DNA of 64,000 nt from Camelus ferus (lineage: Eukaryota): the NCBI RefSeq assembly GCF_009834535.1, contig NC_045696.1:73658001-73722000 (forward strand), written 5' to 3'. This document shows, piece by piece, positions 26,297-40,700 of this stretch; positions within the stretch are counted from its first letter, which is position 1, and each line of letters starts with the position of its first letter. Below the pieces are notes generated by a model, which saw nothing but the letters and a program-made list of their open reading frames with translations, was not told the DNA's origin and ran no database searches. Made by a program: the position numbers and the translations under genes.

Positions 26297-27599
26297 AAGA
26301 AATAGGGTTGAAAGTAAAATATGAAAAGATACAGCATGCAAAGGCTAACCAAAAGAAAATTGATATAGATTTACTAAGATCAGAAAATAAAACTTTAAGG
26401 CAAGAAATATTACTGGAGATAAAAAATGGATTTCATAAGGATAAAAAGTCAATCAACAGGAAGATATAACTATTCTGAACTTCTATGCATGCTATCACAC
26501 CCTCCAAATACATAAAACAAAAATCAAAAAACTAAAAGCTGAAATGGAGAAATCCACAATTATGTAGAATATTTAACACACAAATATCTTCCAGAATGCG
26601 ATAGAACAAACAGACAAATAATAAGATACAGAAGATTTGACCGTTATCAGCAAACAAACTAATGATATATATTGAACAATGGCAGAATAAGTATCTCTCT
26701 CAAATATACATGAAGTAGTTATTAAAAGTGACCATAACCTAAGCCATAAAGCAAGTCTCAGGAAATTTCATTCAAATCAAATAATATAGAATATTTTCTG
26801 ACACACTGTAATTAAGCAAGAAGTCAATTTTTTTAAAAAGTAACTTAAAGACTCCATACATTTGAGAATGAATTAATTCACTTCTATAAAACCAATGGGT
26901 CTAAAAAGACAAAAATCTCAATAGAAATTAGGAAAACTTTGGAAATGAATGATAATAAAAATACCACCTATCTAAATTTGTGGCTTATAGCTAAAGCAAT
27001 GCTTAGAGGGGAATTTATAGTCCTAAATGCATGTATTAAAAAAGAGGAAAGGTGGAAAATTAATCATTTAAACAAACATAACAAGAAGTCAGAATATGAA
27101 GAGCAAAATACACTGAAATTAAGTAAAAGAAAGGAAATAGTAAAAATATGAGCAGAAATTAATAAATCAAAACTAAATATATAATAGTGATGATAAAGTC
27201 AGATTTGGGTTCTCTATAAAACTTTTTCAATTGATAAATGTCTACTGAAACTGATCAAGAAATAAGAAAGAAGCATAGCTATCCCAAGAAGACATCATTA
27301 TAGATAATTCAGACCTTACAAAGATATTAACAGGATATTTTAAATAACTTTATGCCTTTAAATTTGGAAATTTAAAGGGCAAAAATCCTAAACAATATAT
27401 AACTTACCAAGAAAAAACAGAAAATATCGACATTTCTGTAACTATAAAACGAAATAAATCTATAATTAAAAACTCCCAAAAAGAAAACCTCAGTTCAGAA
27501 GTATTTACTGGTGACTTCTACCAAACATTTTAAGAAGAAATTATATCACTTTTTCATATTCTTCCAGAGAATTCAAAAAAATAATGGTAAGGAACACTG

Positions 27600-28028
27600 C
27601 ATATATGTTTCCTATGGCTGCTTTGACAAGTTATCACAAACTGGCCTAAAACAACAGAAACTTATTCTCTCACAGTTCTGGAGGCAGAAGTTTAACATCA
27701 GTTTCACTGGGCCAAAGTCAAGGTGTCAGCAGGGCCACACGCCCTCTGGAGCTTCTAGGAGAGAATTCGTTCTTTGCCTAGTCCAGCTTCTGGGAGCTGC
27801 CAACATCCCTTGGCTTATCCAATCCCTGCCTCCATCCTACACTGTATTATCTACTGTGTGTAATCTCTCTCTGCCCCTCTCTTATAAAGACACATTTAGT
27901 AGCATCTAGGGCCCACCTGGAAAATCTCCCCACAAGATCCTTAACTTCATATCTGCAAAGACTTTTTTTCCCAAATAAGGTAATATTAATAGATTCCAAG
28001 GATTAGGTTATGAATGGCATTTAGGGGG
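27600..28028 (-). mobile_element. MaLR (MLT1-type) solo LTR
   Basis: TTTCCTATGGCTGC...AAAACAACAGAAACTTATTCTCTCACAGTTCTGGAGGC...TCAAGGTGTCAGCAGGGCCAC. Confidence 0.8.
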
Positions 28029-29064
28029 CCATTTTTCTAGTCTACCACCCATCCCAATTCATTTTGTGAGGTCAGTAGAACTTTGACATCACTACCTGGA
28101 ATGACATTATAAGAAAGGCAAATTATAGGCCAATGTTTTGAGTGAACATAGGTACAAACCCTAAATAAAATATTAGCAAACCAAACCCAGCAATACAGAA
28201 AAAGAATTCATATATCACAATCCAGTTGAGGAATGCAAAATTGTCTTAACATTAAGAAATTAATGTAATTCTCCACATGAACATTGACAGAAAAGAAGGG
28301 AGAAACACACAACAAGAAAGAGGAGTTATGTTAGATGTCACCTTAGTCTACAGTTTTTCCCCTGAGAAAATTTAATGAAAGGAGCCATAAGCTCCTCCAC
28401 CAACACCTCCCTCAAATAACAGATGATTGGGTCTGTAGGCACCTGCAGGTATCCCCCTTACCAGGCTCCTATAATTACTAAGAGAGCAATAACAACTTTG
28501 TTGGAAGCCCAGAACTGCTTTGATGATTGAAGAATCCCATTTTTAGGTAGAGGGCAGGAAAAGGGCAGGTTATATCTAGGTAATGTCTAGCACTTAGTTT
28601 TATCAGGAAGAGGGGACATGTGAAAACTTTCTGACTGGTCTCTGACTTTAATGACTTAAAATTTCCAGCTCATTGAAATCAAATAAAGTCAATGTATGAT
28701 CTAGTCCAGAGATGGCTGGCAGGCCCAGTTTTAGTAGTCCCTGAAATATTATAGTACAGTAGTTCTCAACCAAAAGCATATCCCAGCCACCAGGGGACTC
28801 TGACAAACCATACGTGCCTTAGACCCACCCTTGGATGTAAATATCCTATATTTACAGATATAGGGAGCCACTATTGTGATAGAAAGATAACATGTTCTTC
28901 AGGTGTATTGTTTGTGTAATATAGTGGGGAAAACAGATTAAAACCATTGGAACAATGGTGTAACAAATAAGAAAATATAAATGTATAAAACAAAAATATG
29001 AATACACTCCTTTCCCTTTTCCCTGATATTTCTGGGCCTTATCACACAAACCAAATTAATGTAC

Positions 29065-29640
29065 ATGTATTCATTTTCTATTGCTGTGTAATAAATTACC
29101 ACAAATGTACTGGCTTACAATAACATATATTACCTCACTAGGTCAGAGGTCTAAGCACACTGTAGTTAAGTTCTCTGCTCAGGGGCTCACCAGGCTGAAA
29201 TCAAGGTGTCAGCCTAGGGCTGCAACCTCACCTGAGGCTTGGGCCTCTTCCAAGCTCACTGAAGTTGTTGGCGGAATTCAGTTTTTGCAGTCAGAGAACC
29301 AAAGCCCCATTTTCTTACTGCTATCAGCTCCTAGAGGTTGATCTCTATTTCTAGAGGCCACCTTCAGGTCCTAGCCACAAGACCTTTTAAACCATGATAG
29401 CTTACTTCTTCAAAGCAAGCAGGAGAATCTCACTCCAGTCTGCTAGGATAGTGTCTTACATAAAGTAGTGTAAGCACAGTGACTATCTCAACACCTTTTT
29501 TATTTTGAGGAAATCACCCAAGGAGGCCATGTTCCTACCATATTCACAGGTCCAGCCCACACCCAAGAGGACAGAATCATACAGGGGATGTATGCCAGTG
29601 GCTGGGAATCTTGGGGGCCACCTTAGAATCTACCTACCAT
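29065..29640 (-). mobile_element. MaLR (MLT1-type) solo LTR
   Basis: TTTTCTATTGCTGTGTAATAAATTACCACAAA...GAAATCAAGGTGTCAGC...GGGGCCACCTTAGAAT.TACCTACCA. Confidence 0.78.
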
Positions 29641-31039
29641 AGTGTGCATCGCAGAAAGGGAGAAAATATAAAAGAATGGGAAAACATTGAATGGGCAGAG
29701 AGTAACGGGACAAAGGAAATCAAATTGATTGAGGAGTGGTAGCAGGAGGAGAAAGAGCTGAGCAAACAGCACTGGGGGAGAATTAGGAGAGTCAAGAGTT
29801 TTATCTGGCAATGGACTTTGTGTGAGGAAGACAGTAAGAAAGATATCAGTAAGGAAAGAGGATCTTAAGGAAATTCTTCTGACTGCTGAAAACTTAGTCC
29901 CTTTTTTGAGATTCTCTTTAGAGACTGCCATAAAATATCTTAATCTCTTCCAACTAATTGAATTTGTAGTTGTTTTTCTTTCTTATTTTTATTTTTTGCT
30001 TCACTGCCATTCATTGCAATGCAAACCTGTGCTCAGAATAAAACTCAACATGATCCAATAATATTTTGATTACATTGAGGCTTAGGAATCAAACAGACTT
30101 TAAATCAAATCTCCACACCTTTGCTTACTAAGTAAGTTATTTTTTAAACCATCACCAATTACTAAGCACGATATGCCGATTCTAAATGATGTTGCTTAAC
30201 TTAGCTTGTGATTAAGACATTGCCTCTAGTTGTCTAGTTTATCTCCTGTGATCTGGTTAAGTGACAACTGTGATCCACAGTTTATCCAGATTGACAACAA
30301 AATAAGTAAATGTAGTTATTTGCTTCCTTAAATTCATTATGCGATTGTACATATTAAAAATGATATATATGACTATCTAAGGTATACATAAATGTAAGCT
30401 CTTATTATTACAGTTTTATTATTTCTTGCACTGTGGTAAACCAAGTGGCAAATATATTAAGTCAATGATCCGAAAAAACAGGACAGTGAAGTTGAGACAT
30501 ATCAGGAGGAGAGCTCATATTAAGATCATGCTTCCCAGCCTAGACTGCAAAGCGCAAAAGGAGCTGAGGTTTCTGTCTGTCTTGTTCATTGATGTTTTCT
30601 CAGAGATTTGCACATAATAAGTTTTCAATGAATGATATTTAATAAATGAAAATAATATTCTATGTCTAATTACCAGTTGCATTTATGGTGCTCATGGCCT
30701 TATTAAGGGGTCCAGGGTCAGCGTAGAGGTATAAGACCTGCCTGTCAGAAAATCAAAGGCTTAGAAGAGTTGGGAAATTAAGATGTTCCTGCTGGAAGCT
30801 ATTATAAGTAACTCACTCATTCATTTTAAAAATATCTTTTGAGCACTTTCTGTGTTCACATGCCATAACAGATGGAGGGAGTAAATAAAGTATACAAGAC
30901 ATGATTTCTACTCTCTTCAGTCCAATAGAGAAAACACTTGTATACCAACAATTTCTATACAAGATTAGATATGCTGTGTGGCACATATAATAGGACCAAA
31001 TTTGTATAGGAGTCCAGAGAAAGGAGAGATCAGTTTAGA

Positions 31040-31222
31040 CCATGGATTAGCTAACTATGGTTCATTAGCGGAATTCATCCTGTGGTCTGTTTTTGAATGG
31101 ACCACAGGCTAAGAATAGTTTTTACAGTTTGATAAAATAAGAATACAGAGACTGCATGAGGCAAAGTCTAAATTTTTCCTATCTGTTACTTCATATAAAA
31201 AGTTTGTGGACACCTATTCCAG
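31040..31222. mobile_element. hAT-type MITE remnant (MER58-like)
   Basis: CTGTTTTTG...GCTAAGAATAGTTTTTACA...AAAAGTTTG..GAC.CCT pattern. Family assigned from recall. Confidence 0.5.
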
Positions 31223-33329
31223 ATGAATGAACAAAGAAGGCTTCACAGAAGACACATTAGATCTGGGCCTTTAACTGATGGACAGAGCTGGGATGGGGGA
31301 AGGGTACTTGGAATGGAAGGAATTACTTTTACTCAAGCCCAGGGGCAGTAGACTTCAGGACACATCTGGAGAATAATGGTGACACATCCCATCTGGCAGG
31401 ACTATGAGGTTTTATGAAGGGAGAAGTGGAGGGGTCTGGAAGAGTTACCTGTGATAGATGAACTAAGGAAGTTGACTATGAAGGACCTCACAGTTGCCAG
31501 AAAGAATTTCATGAAGTTTTGGCAATGGGCTCTCTTCAAGGGTTTTAATGATGAGAAAGAAGATTTTTCATAGGAGAGCACTCTAGGTCATGTAATTTTT
31601 ATCACAGTTAGCCAGAGATGAACTCCATGCTTTACTCTAGCCACCAAAAACTCATGAAGGCAATGCGTATTCTCTCAACTTCAGCTTATGTTGGACTGAA
31701 ACTCCCAAATGGTTGCTTAAAGACACCTTGCTTTATTACTTCTCGTCTCCTCCACCAGCTAGCTCCCTGAAGAAGTGATTTAAAATGGGATTTCAGACAG
31801 ACCCTCTAGCGTAGCTTTGTTTCACATGACACTATGTTATTAATGCATGACACTATATTATTAATAATATTCACCAACAAGTCTCAGACCTACTATTTCA
31901 CCGTCATTTAGTAGCAGTCTCCAGCAATCAAATAATTGTACTTGTCTGTCTGGCCCAGGCACAAGATGCACTTACACAGACTATTCTGTTGGTCAGCTCC
32001 ATTTACTGACAGCTCAGCAGGGAAGACCCAATTTATTCAATGCATAAAGCTGCAGCACACGAGTGGAACTCTGGTGAGGGAAGGGGAGAAAGGACTGAGA
32101 AAGGCAATGGAAAAAAGAAGTCCAAAAATGGAATGAAATGGAGGGTTGGTTGGGAAATCTCCATTTGGGAAAGGACCTCTAGACTACACCAATCTCCAAG
32201 CTTTCCCTGAAATCCTGAGTGCCTCAGTTTTCCTTCCTCACAGCCTGAGAAGACAGCAGAGCCTTTACACAGAAATACAAGCCTCCTGGGTGCTATCAGT
32301 CTGGTCAAATGCATTGCATTCTCTGACTGGCCCTCCACTCACATACTCTGGGCTTTATTTATAAGGACAACAGTTCTTATAAGTAGAAAGGAAAGTAGGA
32401 AGTCAGACTAAAACAGTTGCAGTGAGGGAAAAATAAAACAAGTTGAGGAAAGGGGAGAGAAAATCACAGGAGAAATAGTTATAAATTATTTTATAATAGC
32501 CACAAGGCAGGGTGGGGGTCACCTGACTTGGATGCAGATGAGGCAAACTGGAAGGAAGGGGGCTGAACCTCAGCCTTCCCTCCTGGCCTTCCAGCATCCT
32601 CCCTGTTTCCCCACTGCCCGAGGTCCTCATATTCTTACCCAGGCCTATTTTCCATCTCTCTTGCTCTACACTTCTTCTTTCTTCCTTCCATTCTGCTCCC
32701 TGATTAGAGCATTTCTTTTCCTATTAATTAACACCAAGAAGATCTCTTAAAACGCTTCATGAAGGAGTCTGTTGATCATAGCTCAGTATGATCATTTACC
32801 AAGAATATTCATATCCTAACAGGGGACAATAGGATGAATTCCCACTGGCAGATTGTCAGGTCATGGCAGGATCACTAAAGATCAGGAGGAAAGGAAGAGG
32901 ATAAAAAGGGGTGGAGTGAAGGGCAAGGGAAGGGAATGAAATGTTTATTAAGTGCTGTTCAGTTTTACAGACAGCACTGTGTGAGCAGCTGCCTACAAAA
33001 GGTTCTGTGGGCCAGAAGGCTGCTAGTCAGGAACTTAAGCTCCATTAACCCAGATGTGAGCAAATTTCTAAAAAGAGTGGCAAGGAAATATAGAGAAAGC
33101 CAATTCTGTGACCATCTCACGACCCTAACATTATATACATCTAGAAAATGGACAATAGGGTGAGCAATTACTGGACTCTGTCAGGACTTAAGAAAAATCA
33201 ACCATTCTGAGACTCAAGTTTCCTCATTCATAAAACAAAGCTGATGGGGGTGGGAAATGGTCTCTACATTTTCTTCTCATTCTTAAATTATGTCATTCAA
33301 TGAATTTTGTCCATTTTTCCCTCTGTAAG

Positions 33330-34190
33330 ATCATTCCTATAGCAAATAAACATGCTTTAATTTCTTCCATCTTAAGAAAACAAAAACAAAAAAACCTCTC
33401 ATTCTAATTCTCCCTCTGGGCATGCTCTTAGTTCTCTAGTTCCTTTTTCAGCAAAATTTTCTGGAAAAGATGTCTTATATAATCCATATCTCCACTCTTT
33501 CTCTTCCTGTCCTCTTTTGAATTCACTCCAATCAGACTTTTGTCCCCATCATGTTGCAGAAACTCTTCTCATAAACACCATCAATGATCTCCAGTAGCCA
33601 ATTCTCACTTGTTCTTTTAGCAGCATTGTATACAGTTCCTCCATTGAATACGTTCCTCATTTGGCTTCTAGGACACCACACTCACTTAGTTTCTGGTCAC
33701 CCCTTTTCACTTTAATTTGCTGGCTTTTCCTCATATCCCCCGATTCCAAATATGAACGATCCCAAAACACAGCCCTCATTCCACTTCTTTCCCTCTCCAC
33801 TCGTACAGCGAATGATTTCATCTGTCCCAAGGCCTTGAAGACCATCTATGGGCCAATGACTCTCAGACCTCTCTCTCGACACCTGACATATATTCAAATG
33901 TCTACTTAAAAATCCTTAAATATGTAGTTGATATTTCAAACTTAACACAGCAACAGCTCCCACTCCCAGCTTGCTCTTCCTGAAGTCTTTCCAGTCCCAT
34001 TAAGTGGCAACTCCAGCCTTCCAACTTCTCAAGCCTACTGCTTGGGAGTAATTCCTGAATCCTTTCTCTCGTACACTACATCTCATCCATCAGCAAATTC
34101 TATCAATGTCCTTCAAATTCTCTTCCTTCAAAATATAAGCAGGAGTCCAGCCACTTCTTTGCATTTCAACTGCTACCATCATCTCCTACT
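33330..34190. mobile_element. L2 LINE remnant
   Basis: CACTCCAATCAGACTTTTGTCCCCATC, CAGCATTG.A.ACAG, TTGGCTTC.AGGACACCACACTC, CCATCAGCAAATTCT: typical L2 motifs. Confidence 0.7.
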
Positions 34191-35056
34191 TGTTGCAGTA
34201 ACCTCCTATATCACCATCCATGCTGGAAACAGACGGCATACCCCAATGGAATAAGTGAGGAAATTTTAATTAAGGACTCTTTACAAAGGTGTGGATGGGA
34301 TTATGGGAAATTAGACTGATGGTCAAGTGTGCAGTGTCTAGTGCAGCTTCTAGGGACCAATGGAGTCATTACCACCCTTAGACACGAAAGAACAAGGGAT
34401 AGGAGTAATTACCTGAACACACACATGCAACAGGAGCTGTATTCTTCAGGGGACAAACTCAGTCAGCCTGGAGCAACCACCAGAAAGGAAGATGGGAGAA
34501 ATGAAGATGAACTCCCTCTCCTCCTGCTTGCTGATCTTCCGATCCCAGAAATAACTGAACCCGAAGCCAGAAGACAAGGGATCCCACTGATGGAGTCCAC
34601 TGAGGTCAGCCTCCTAGCCGCCTGTGCTCCTCTGGAACACAGAGTAGAATGGAAAACAGCAGAGAAAGGATCTGGAGGGGAAAACAAACATATTTATCAA
34701 AATATCCTCATCTGCAAAATATAAAAAAAATTGCTATCATGGAATAAAGCGAATAATCAACATAAAGCACTTAGCACTATACCTGGCATGTAGTTTTTAC
34801 AAAAAATAATAATAACAGCTCTTATTTGCCTGGCATCATATTCCCAAGAGTGGATTTTTATGGAGTGATGCTTTCCAAACTTCAGATTATGAACACTTAG
34901 TCAGTTGTGAACTTACTGGGTTTCCTGGCTTTTTTTTTTTTTTTTTTAAGAAATAGAAAAGACCAGCATGTATCTCATGAAGTAACTATAAATATTGTCT
35001 CAAAAACTAATTTCCATTCAATTCAATTTAAGTTCATATTAAATTCAATGTGCACT

Positions 35057-35086
35057 TGTGTGTGCATGTGTGTGTGTGTGTGTGTG
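35057..35086. repeat. (TG)n microsatellite
   Basis: TGTGTGTGCATGTGTGTGTGTGTGTGTGTG. Confidence 0.9.
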
Positions 35087-35349
35087 CATTCAAGTATATA
35101 CTTATTCCTTAGGGTCACAAGGTAAAATATATTTTTTACTAAGAGTCATAGTCAAAAAGTGTTTGAAAGCCTCTATGCAAGCATACTTCTCGCTGCTCCC
35201 TCTCACCTCTCACTTATTTCTCCCCAAGAAGTGACTTACCTGATTGACAAATTTGGGAGGAAAAATTGAGCAAATGAGCTTGAGTATTTTCTCATTCTCT
35301 TGTTCTTTTATCCCTGCTAGTCCCCTCTTTTGTTTTCTCTTATCCTCTA

Positions 35350-35680
35350 TAGTAGACTAAATAATGGCCTCCAAAGATACCAAGTCTTAAAACATGAAAC
35401 CTGTGAATGTTAGCTTATAGGACAGTATTTGTATCTATGATTAAGTTAAGGATCTTGACATGGGGAGATTATACTGAATTACAGGCATGGACCCTAAATG
35501 CAACTATATGTATCCTTTAAGAGGGAGGCAGTGAAGAGTTTACATACAAAAGAGAAAGGCAACATGAAGACAGAGTAGACAGAGATTTCAAGATACTGAC
35601 CTTCCTTCAAGATTGAAGTTGTGCAGTCACAAGTCAAGGTATGCTGGCAGTCACCATAAGCTAGAAGAAACAAGGAGTGA
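35350..35680 (+). mobile_element. MaLR (MLT1-type) LTR, 3' truncated
   Basis: AATAATGGCCTCCAAAGAT...ACCTGTGAATGTTA...ATTAAGTTAAGGATCTTGACATGGGGAGATTAT. Confidence 0.75.
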
Positions 35681-37039
35681 TTACTTATTCACTCATCAGT
35701 CAATGGGCATTTAAAAAAAAAAAAAATTGCTTTTAAGGGTTCTTTGCATGCCCTTTGTGGGCTGGGAAGGGATTACCAGGCTCACATAAATGGGCAAAGT
35801 GTCATGATAATTGGAAAGGCTTTTGCATGCCAATTTGCACTCTTCCTTCTTAATAATTACAGATACACACTGAGTGATAATTATGTGTAGAGCACACTAT
35901 GTACATTTCTATCCTTACAAAAAATTGGCAAAGTAATCATTACCCTTGTTTCACAAATGAGAAAACTCAGTCATAAATAACTTTTCCAAAGTCACACAAC
36001 TAGTAAGTGACAGACCCACCCTGTACATCTAGTTTGATTTGCCTCCAAAAACAAAGCAATCTTCACTTCAACTTCAAGTGCCTCCCTGTTCGAGGCTGAG
36101 TTTGTGTTCCTCAAGAAAGCTGCATGCCATAGTTTGTACATACCAAAACTAAACACGATAGAAAGCTTTATAGTAGCAGTTTTTTTTTCCTGGCCAATTT
36201 GGTCCCAAGATCTTATGCCTTACTTGATTATTTCTTTTGTAGTTGTAGGTAAATCTAGATAGAAGAAAGGCAAAAGAGGAAGATGTACACTTAACACTAG
36301 AGTCTTAGTGCTGGATCATTTGTTGACAATAACTTGCATTACGAAAATATCAGGACTATTAGAGCTCTTGGAGAGTCAAATGCAGAATCTTTTTATAGAT
36401 AAGGAAAACAGAGTCAACCTATTTCCGTATCTGTCTAATAACCAACCAGCTGGTCAAAGCAGAATTTCATTGCAGGATAAACAGATTCCTAATACTTTAT
36501 AAGTTCTAAGTGAAAAGTAACTCCAGATTTATTTTAATCATCCAAACATTGCATTGTAAAGTTGTCATTACTGTCTCCATTATTTTTCTCTTCTTAAGCA
36601 TTTATGTAAGAATATATGAAACTGATGCTCTGTAAGGGCAAAATCAAACCCTACTCTTTCCTTTGAGGAGAGGAGAAATTTTAAATAGTATTTTTCAGTT
36701 GTGGGGATTTTGAGGTCTCACGTTCAGAATATTAACTGTCTTTCAAGTGGTAATTCCATTCTACAAAACAAAACCCCAAACATTCACACAAGTTTCTGTC
36801 AAGTCACATAGTTAAATAACATTATTTTAAATAAAAGAATGCTACCGAACACTCTCTGAAACACAATGTGGCTTGTTCGTTCGGTTTTCTGGAACATCTT
36901 CTTTTTGGTATACTGGGTTGGTACATATTTATCTGGCTTCATGATGGGGCTGTTAGGCATTTTTAAGGATACTCATTAACCTTGACAATTATAAACGAAA
37001 TAAATGGCAAATGGAAGTGCTGAGGTAGAAAAAGAAAAA

Positions 37040-37700
37040 CGTTCCGAGTGAAGCTACACAGTATTTGCTCACGCCCTTCTACACCAGTACCCTTCCCCGC
37101 AGGAATTTCCGAATACCCTCGGCCAAGGAGCAAAGAGCAAAACACCGAGAAGCCCCACCTTTGAGCCCAGTAAGGAGGTGATCCGCCCACCCATCCACCA
37201 ATCCGAAGTCGTGTTCTCCACCTGCCCACTGCTTGAGCGACCTTTTCCTTCCCGTCGGCTGTCTCCTTTTACGACAGTTTCCCGGCTCTGGTTTACGGCC
37301 GCCACTGCCGTATTTCCCGGGGCGCCCGTGTCTGGGCGGCTTGTACCTGTAGCGGAGCCTGCGTTGCTTTGTGGTAGAGGCGCAGAGCTGGTGGCTGCGG
37401 CCTCTGGGCTGGGATGAACCGCTCTCCCGGTGGAGGCAGGGGAGCCGAGCGGGAGCCATGGTGAGTGCGGCCTTCCGGCCTCTTGGGCGATCTCAGGCCC
37501 AGGCCTCAATCTTGGTTCAAGGTCTCGGAGTAGAGGAGCCGCAGCTGCCTCCCTAATGCGACTCTGGGCTGGGGTTGTAGCGCCCCAGAGAGTCACCCTC
37601 TCCAAGACACAAAGCTGTTGGCTCACCCTTCTTGGGCCTTTGTGCCCGCCGTCCCTGGGGATCGGAGATTGATGGAAACGCATTCTATTATAGCTGCCCT
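37040..37700 (+). promoter_or_regulatory. DNAJC19: CpG island / TATA-less promoter and 5'UTR of DNAJC19
   Basis: Sharp GC and CpG enrichment. GC boxes at 37183-37188 and 37334-37339, CCAAT at 37198-37202. TSS cannot be fixed from sequence alone. Confidence 0.85.
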
Positions 37701-40700
37701 TCCCGTAACATCATCACAGTCTTTTCTCTACTTTGCTCATCTTCCCCCTTGGCTCTTGCTGACACACTTCTCGATTCCTGAACATATTTGGCTTTCCTTC
37801 CTGTTCTTTAATCGTCAGGCAGGACAGTGCCGAAGGCCCTGTGAAAAGCTAGTCTAGTTAAGCCCACGTTTAACGTTGAAAATAGGTTGTAAGAATTTTA
37901 TAGGAATTCTCTGTAAACAGTTCTTCCTTCTCTAGCAGAAACTGTTATCATTGCTCTTGATTGAATTTTAATGACTCCACTTGTCTGGAGGTGAAAGAGA
38001 GGTCAAAGCGAGGGAAATCATCCTTTCACTTTGTAAAAGTAAATAAGCAAATCGACTTGCCTTTTTCTTCCTTAGTGAAAATCCCATACTTTTACAATGC
38101 ATTAGATATAAAAATTGCAGATCCTTGAGCAGAATATTTTCACCCTAAAAGTTGTTTCTCCCTTTGAAATAAAACTTGTAATAAGTTGGAATGGGAGAAT
38201 GGGCATGATAGGGTAGGGTAAGAATAAGAGAAATAAATACTTACTCTCCTTCCCCTTACCAGGCCAGTACAGTGGTAGCAGTTGGACTGACCATTGCTGC
38301 TGCAGGATTTGCAGGTTTGTTTATGGTTTGGGGGTGGAAATGAACTAGGAGAGGATGGGAACTTTTTAATCATATTATTGCTTTTATTTTTAGGCCGTTA
38401 TGCTTTGCAAGCCATGAAGCATATGGAGCCGCAAGTAAAACAAGTTTTTCAAAGTCTACCAAAATCTGTAAGATTTGCTAAACATTTTTGCTAATTCTTT
38501 ACTGTCTGTGTATGAAGCCTAGAGCCTAGAGCCTACGAGCCACACTTGAGGAGGGTAAATTTCCAGACATCCATGAAGTTCTCACTGATTGCTTTGGACC
38601 CCTTCTCTTGCTTCCCACAAAAAGGGTTTAGAAGTTCTGAGCTGTGTAATGGTGCTACCCTAAAATCAAATGTTATGTGAGATGGATTTGGGACATAGGT
38701 CTTAATAGTTCTAGTATCATGAAAGTTAGTATCACTCTATTGTTCACATAGTTACCTTCAGCATAATCTGTCCACATTCGTGCCCTCCCTCATCTTGCTC
38801 TGCATCACAAGCACAGAGGGATCTAGGGGTCTATGTGGCCCTGGCACTCCGTAACATGATACTTGGGTAACACTGCAGTTAATTAGGCTCTAGAGTATGG
38901 CTGGATGTGATGATCATACCTTCTGTGGTCACAATTCAGAGTAAATTTGACTGTGACAGCCTGTAGAGTATTGGTTTTTATTGTTGTGATTGAACGTGAT
39001 AGAGTAGGGTGGTGGTAGGTTTTACCAGTATGATTTCTGACATACAATTCTGGACCTAATAAGCTGATTTTTTTCAATACATACCCTAAGGTCTTATTTT
39101 ATTTTAGCCTTGAACCTCAAAATAACCTTGAACCACTTGTCTCAAAAGACCTCTAAATCCTCTTTTTGAGGCACTTCTTCTAAAACATACAGTCATATTC
39201 TGAGATCAGATTTTATCTAGAACATGGCTAACTTGGAATAATCCTCCCTTTACTCCCAGAAGAACTGGCTTTGAGGCACTGTTCTTTTTGTCTTATATCT
39301 TCAAAACAATTTAATTTGGGGGGAAAAAATGGGTCTGTTTAATGATCATTAAAATATTTGTTACTTATAAAGCTAAAATACCATGGGAATTGTACTATAT
39401 CTTAGTTTTTCTGCTGGTTCCATGAACATTTACAGACATTTTTTAGTAACTTTCAGTTTATTCTAATAATCTTTTCTTACAAACATTTCTTCTCTTTCAG
39501 GCCTTCAGTGGTGGCTATTACAGAGGTGGGTTTGAACCCAAAATGACAAAACGAGAAGCAGCATTAATACTAGGTGTAAGGTAAAATAATTTGTTTTTAA
39601 TATTTTTCGTCAACTTTGGAGCTATGAACAACTGTAAAAAAGACCTCTCTTTTATTAGTAGGGAGTTATTATGTACATTAAGATCTAAACATTCCCTACA
39701 AAAGTCCAGTGAGAAGCCACACTGACACATAAGTACTTTTTAAACTCATTGAAGGTAGATTTTTCAACAGATAATCAGTGCTCAATATTGTTCTCTGTAA
39801 CTGTGTAACACATTTCTGTGGTGAAATTCTGCCTTTGTTTCCAAACACTTAAGTATGCTTTCCTTTGTCAATAAAAGGATTGTTGTAATGAATAGTTTCA
39901 GATTCGACTAAATTTTTGTTTGAGAATGCCTTATTTTTCCTAAGGTGCTCTGTTTAGTTGTTGATTCAGAATACTCAACTTTCTGTGTGTTAAGAGAAGA
40001 GATTCCTTAATAGCTTTTCATACTGTTGTGTTGACTTCATTTTCACAGTATCTTTACTTGACTTTATAAAGTAGTTTTCTGATGTGATCCAGAACTAGTC
40101 TAAACAATACCTTATTCTTTTTAAATTAGCCCTACTGCCAATAAAGGAAAAATAAGGGATGCTCATCGACGAATTATGCTTTTAAATCACCCAGACAAGG
40201 GTAAGTAGTCATCAAACTATTGTTACATTTTATTGGAATGACTAATTATTAATGGGATAATTTTATATCTGATTTTTGGCTGTTATAAGGGAAATGCCTA
40301 GATCTGTATGTGAACACTGTCTCCCAGGCTGGATACATTTGTTGATGTCTTAATAAATTCTGCATGAAAAATTTATTTATAGATTGAGCAGATCTAGTAA
40401 CTGCTATAATTTGGAAGTAGTGATAAGCATTAACCATGTTTTGAAATCTGCAGCTGTGATGTGACTTCTAGTAGTGAGTCTCAAATACTGCTACTGCTAC
40501 TGTTGGGGAGGGTCTACATTCTTAATTAAAGAAAATGTTGAATTTCAGTGAAACTAAAGGGTAATTTTTTCCTATCTATTTGACCTTTTAACTAGAGGTT
40601 ACCTAGTTAGAAACCTATAGGATGTATATATTGGTTTCTGATTCCCTATTAAGCAGCCCAGACTGTGTTGGGAGACCAAATGGAATAGCAATATATAAAC

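Noticed and set aside
31825..31865. 21-bp tandem duplication; also the 24-bp duplication at 14337 and (GAGCCTA)n near 38516
   Set aside because: Ordinary slippage duplications, not arrays with spacers.
34329..34724. 131-aa ORF
   Set aside because: GTG start, lies in what looks like degenerate LTR-like sequence, no recognisable protein.
37069..37683. 204-aa and 126-aa minus-strand ORFs at the DNAJC19 promoter
   Set aside because: CpG-island artefacts with no homology or splice evidence.
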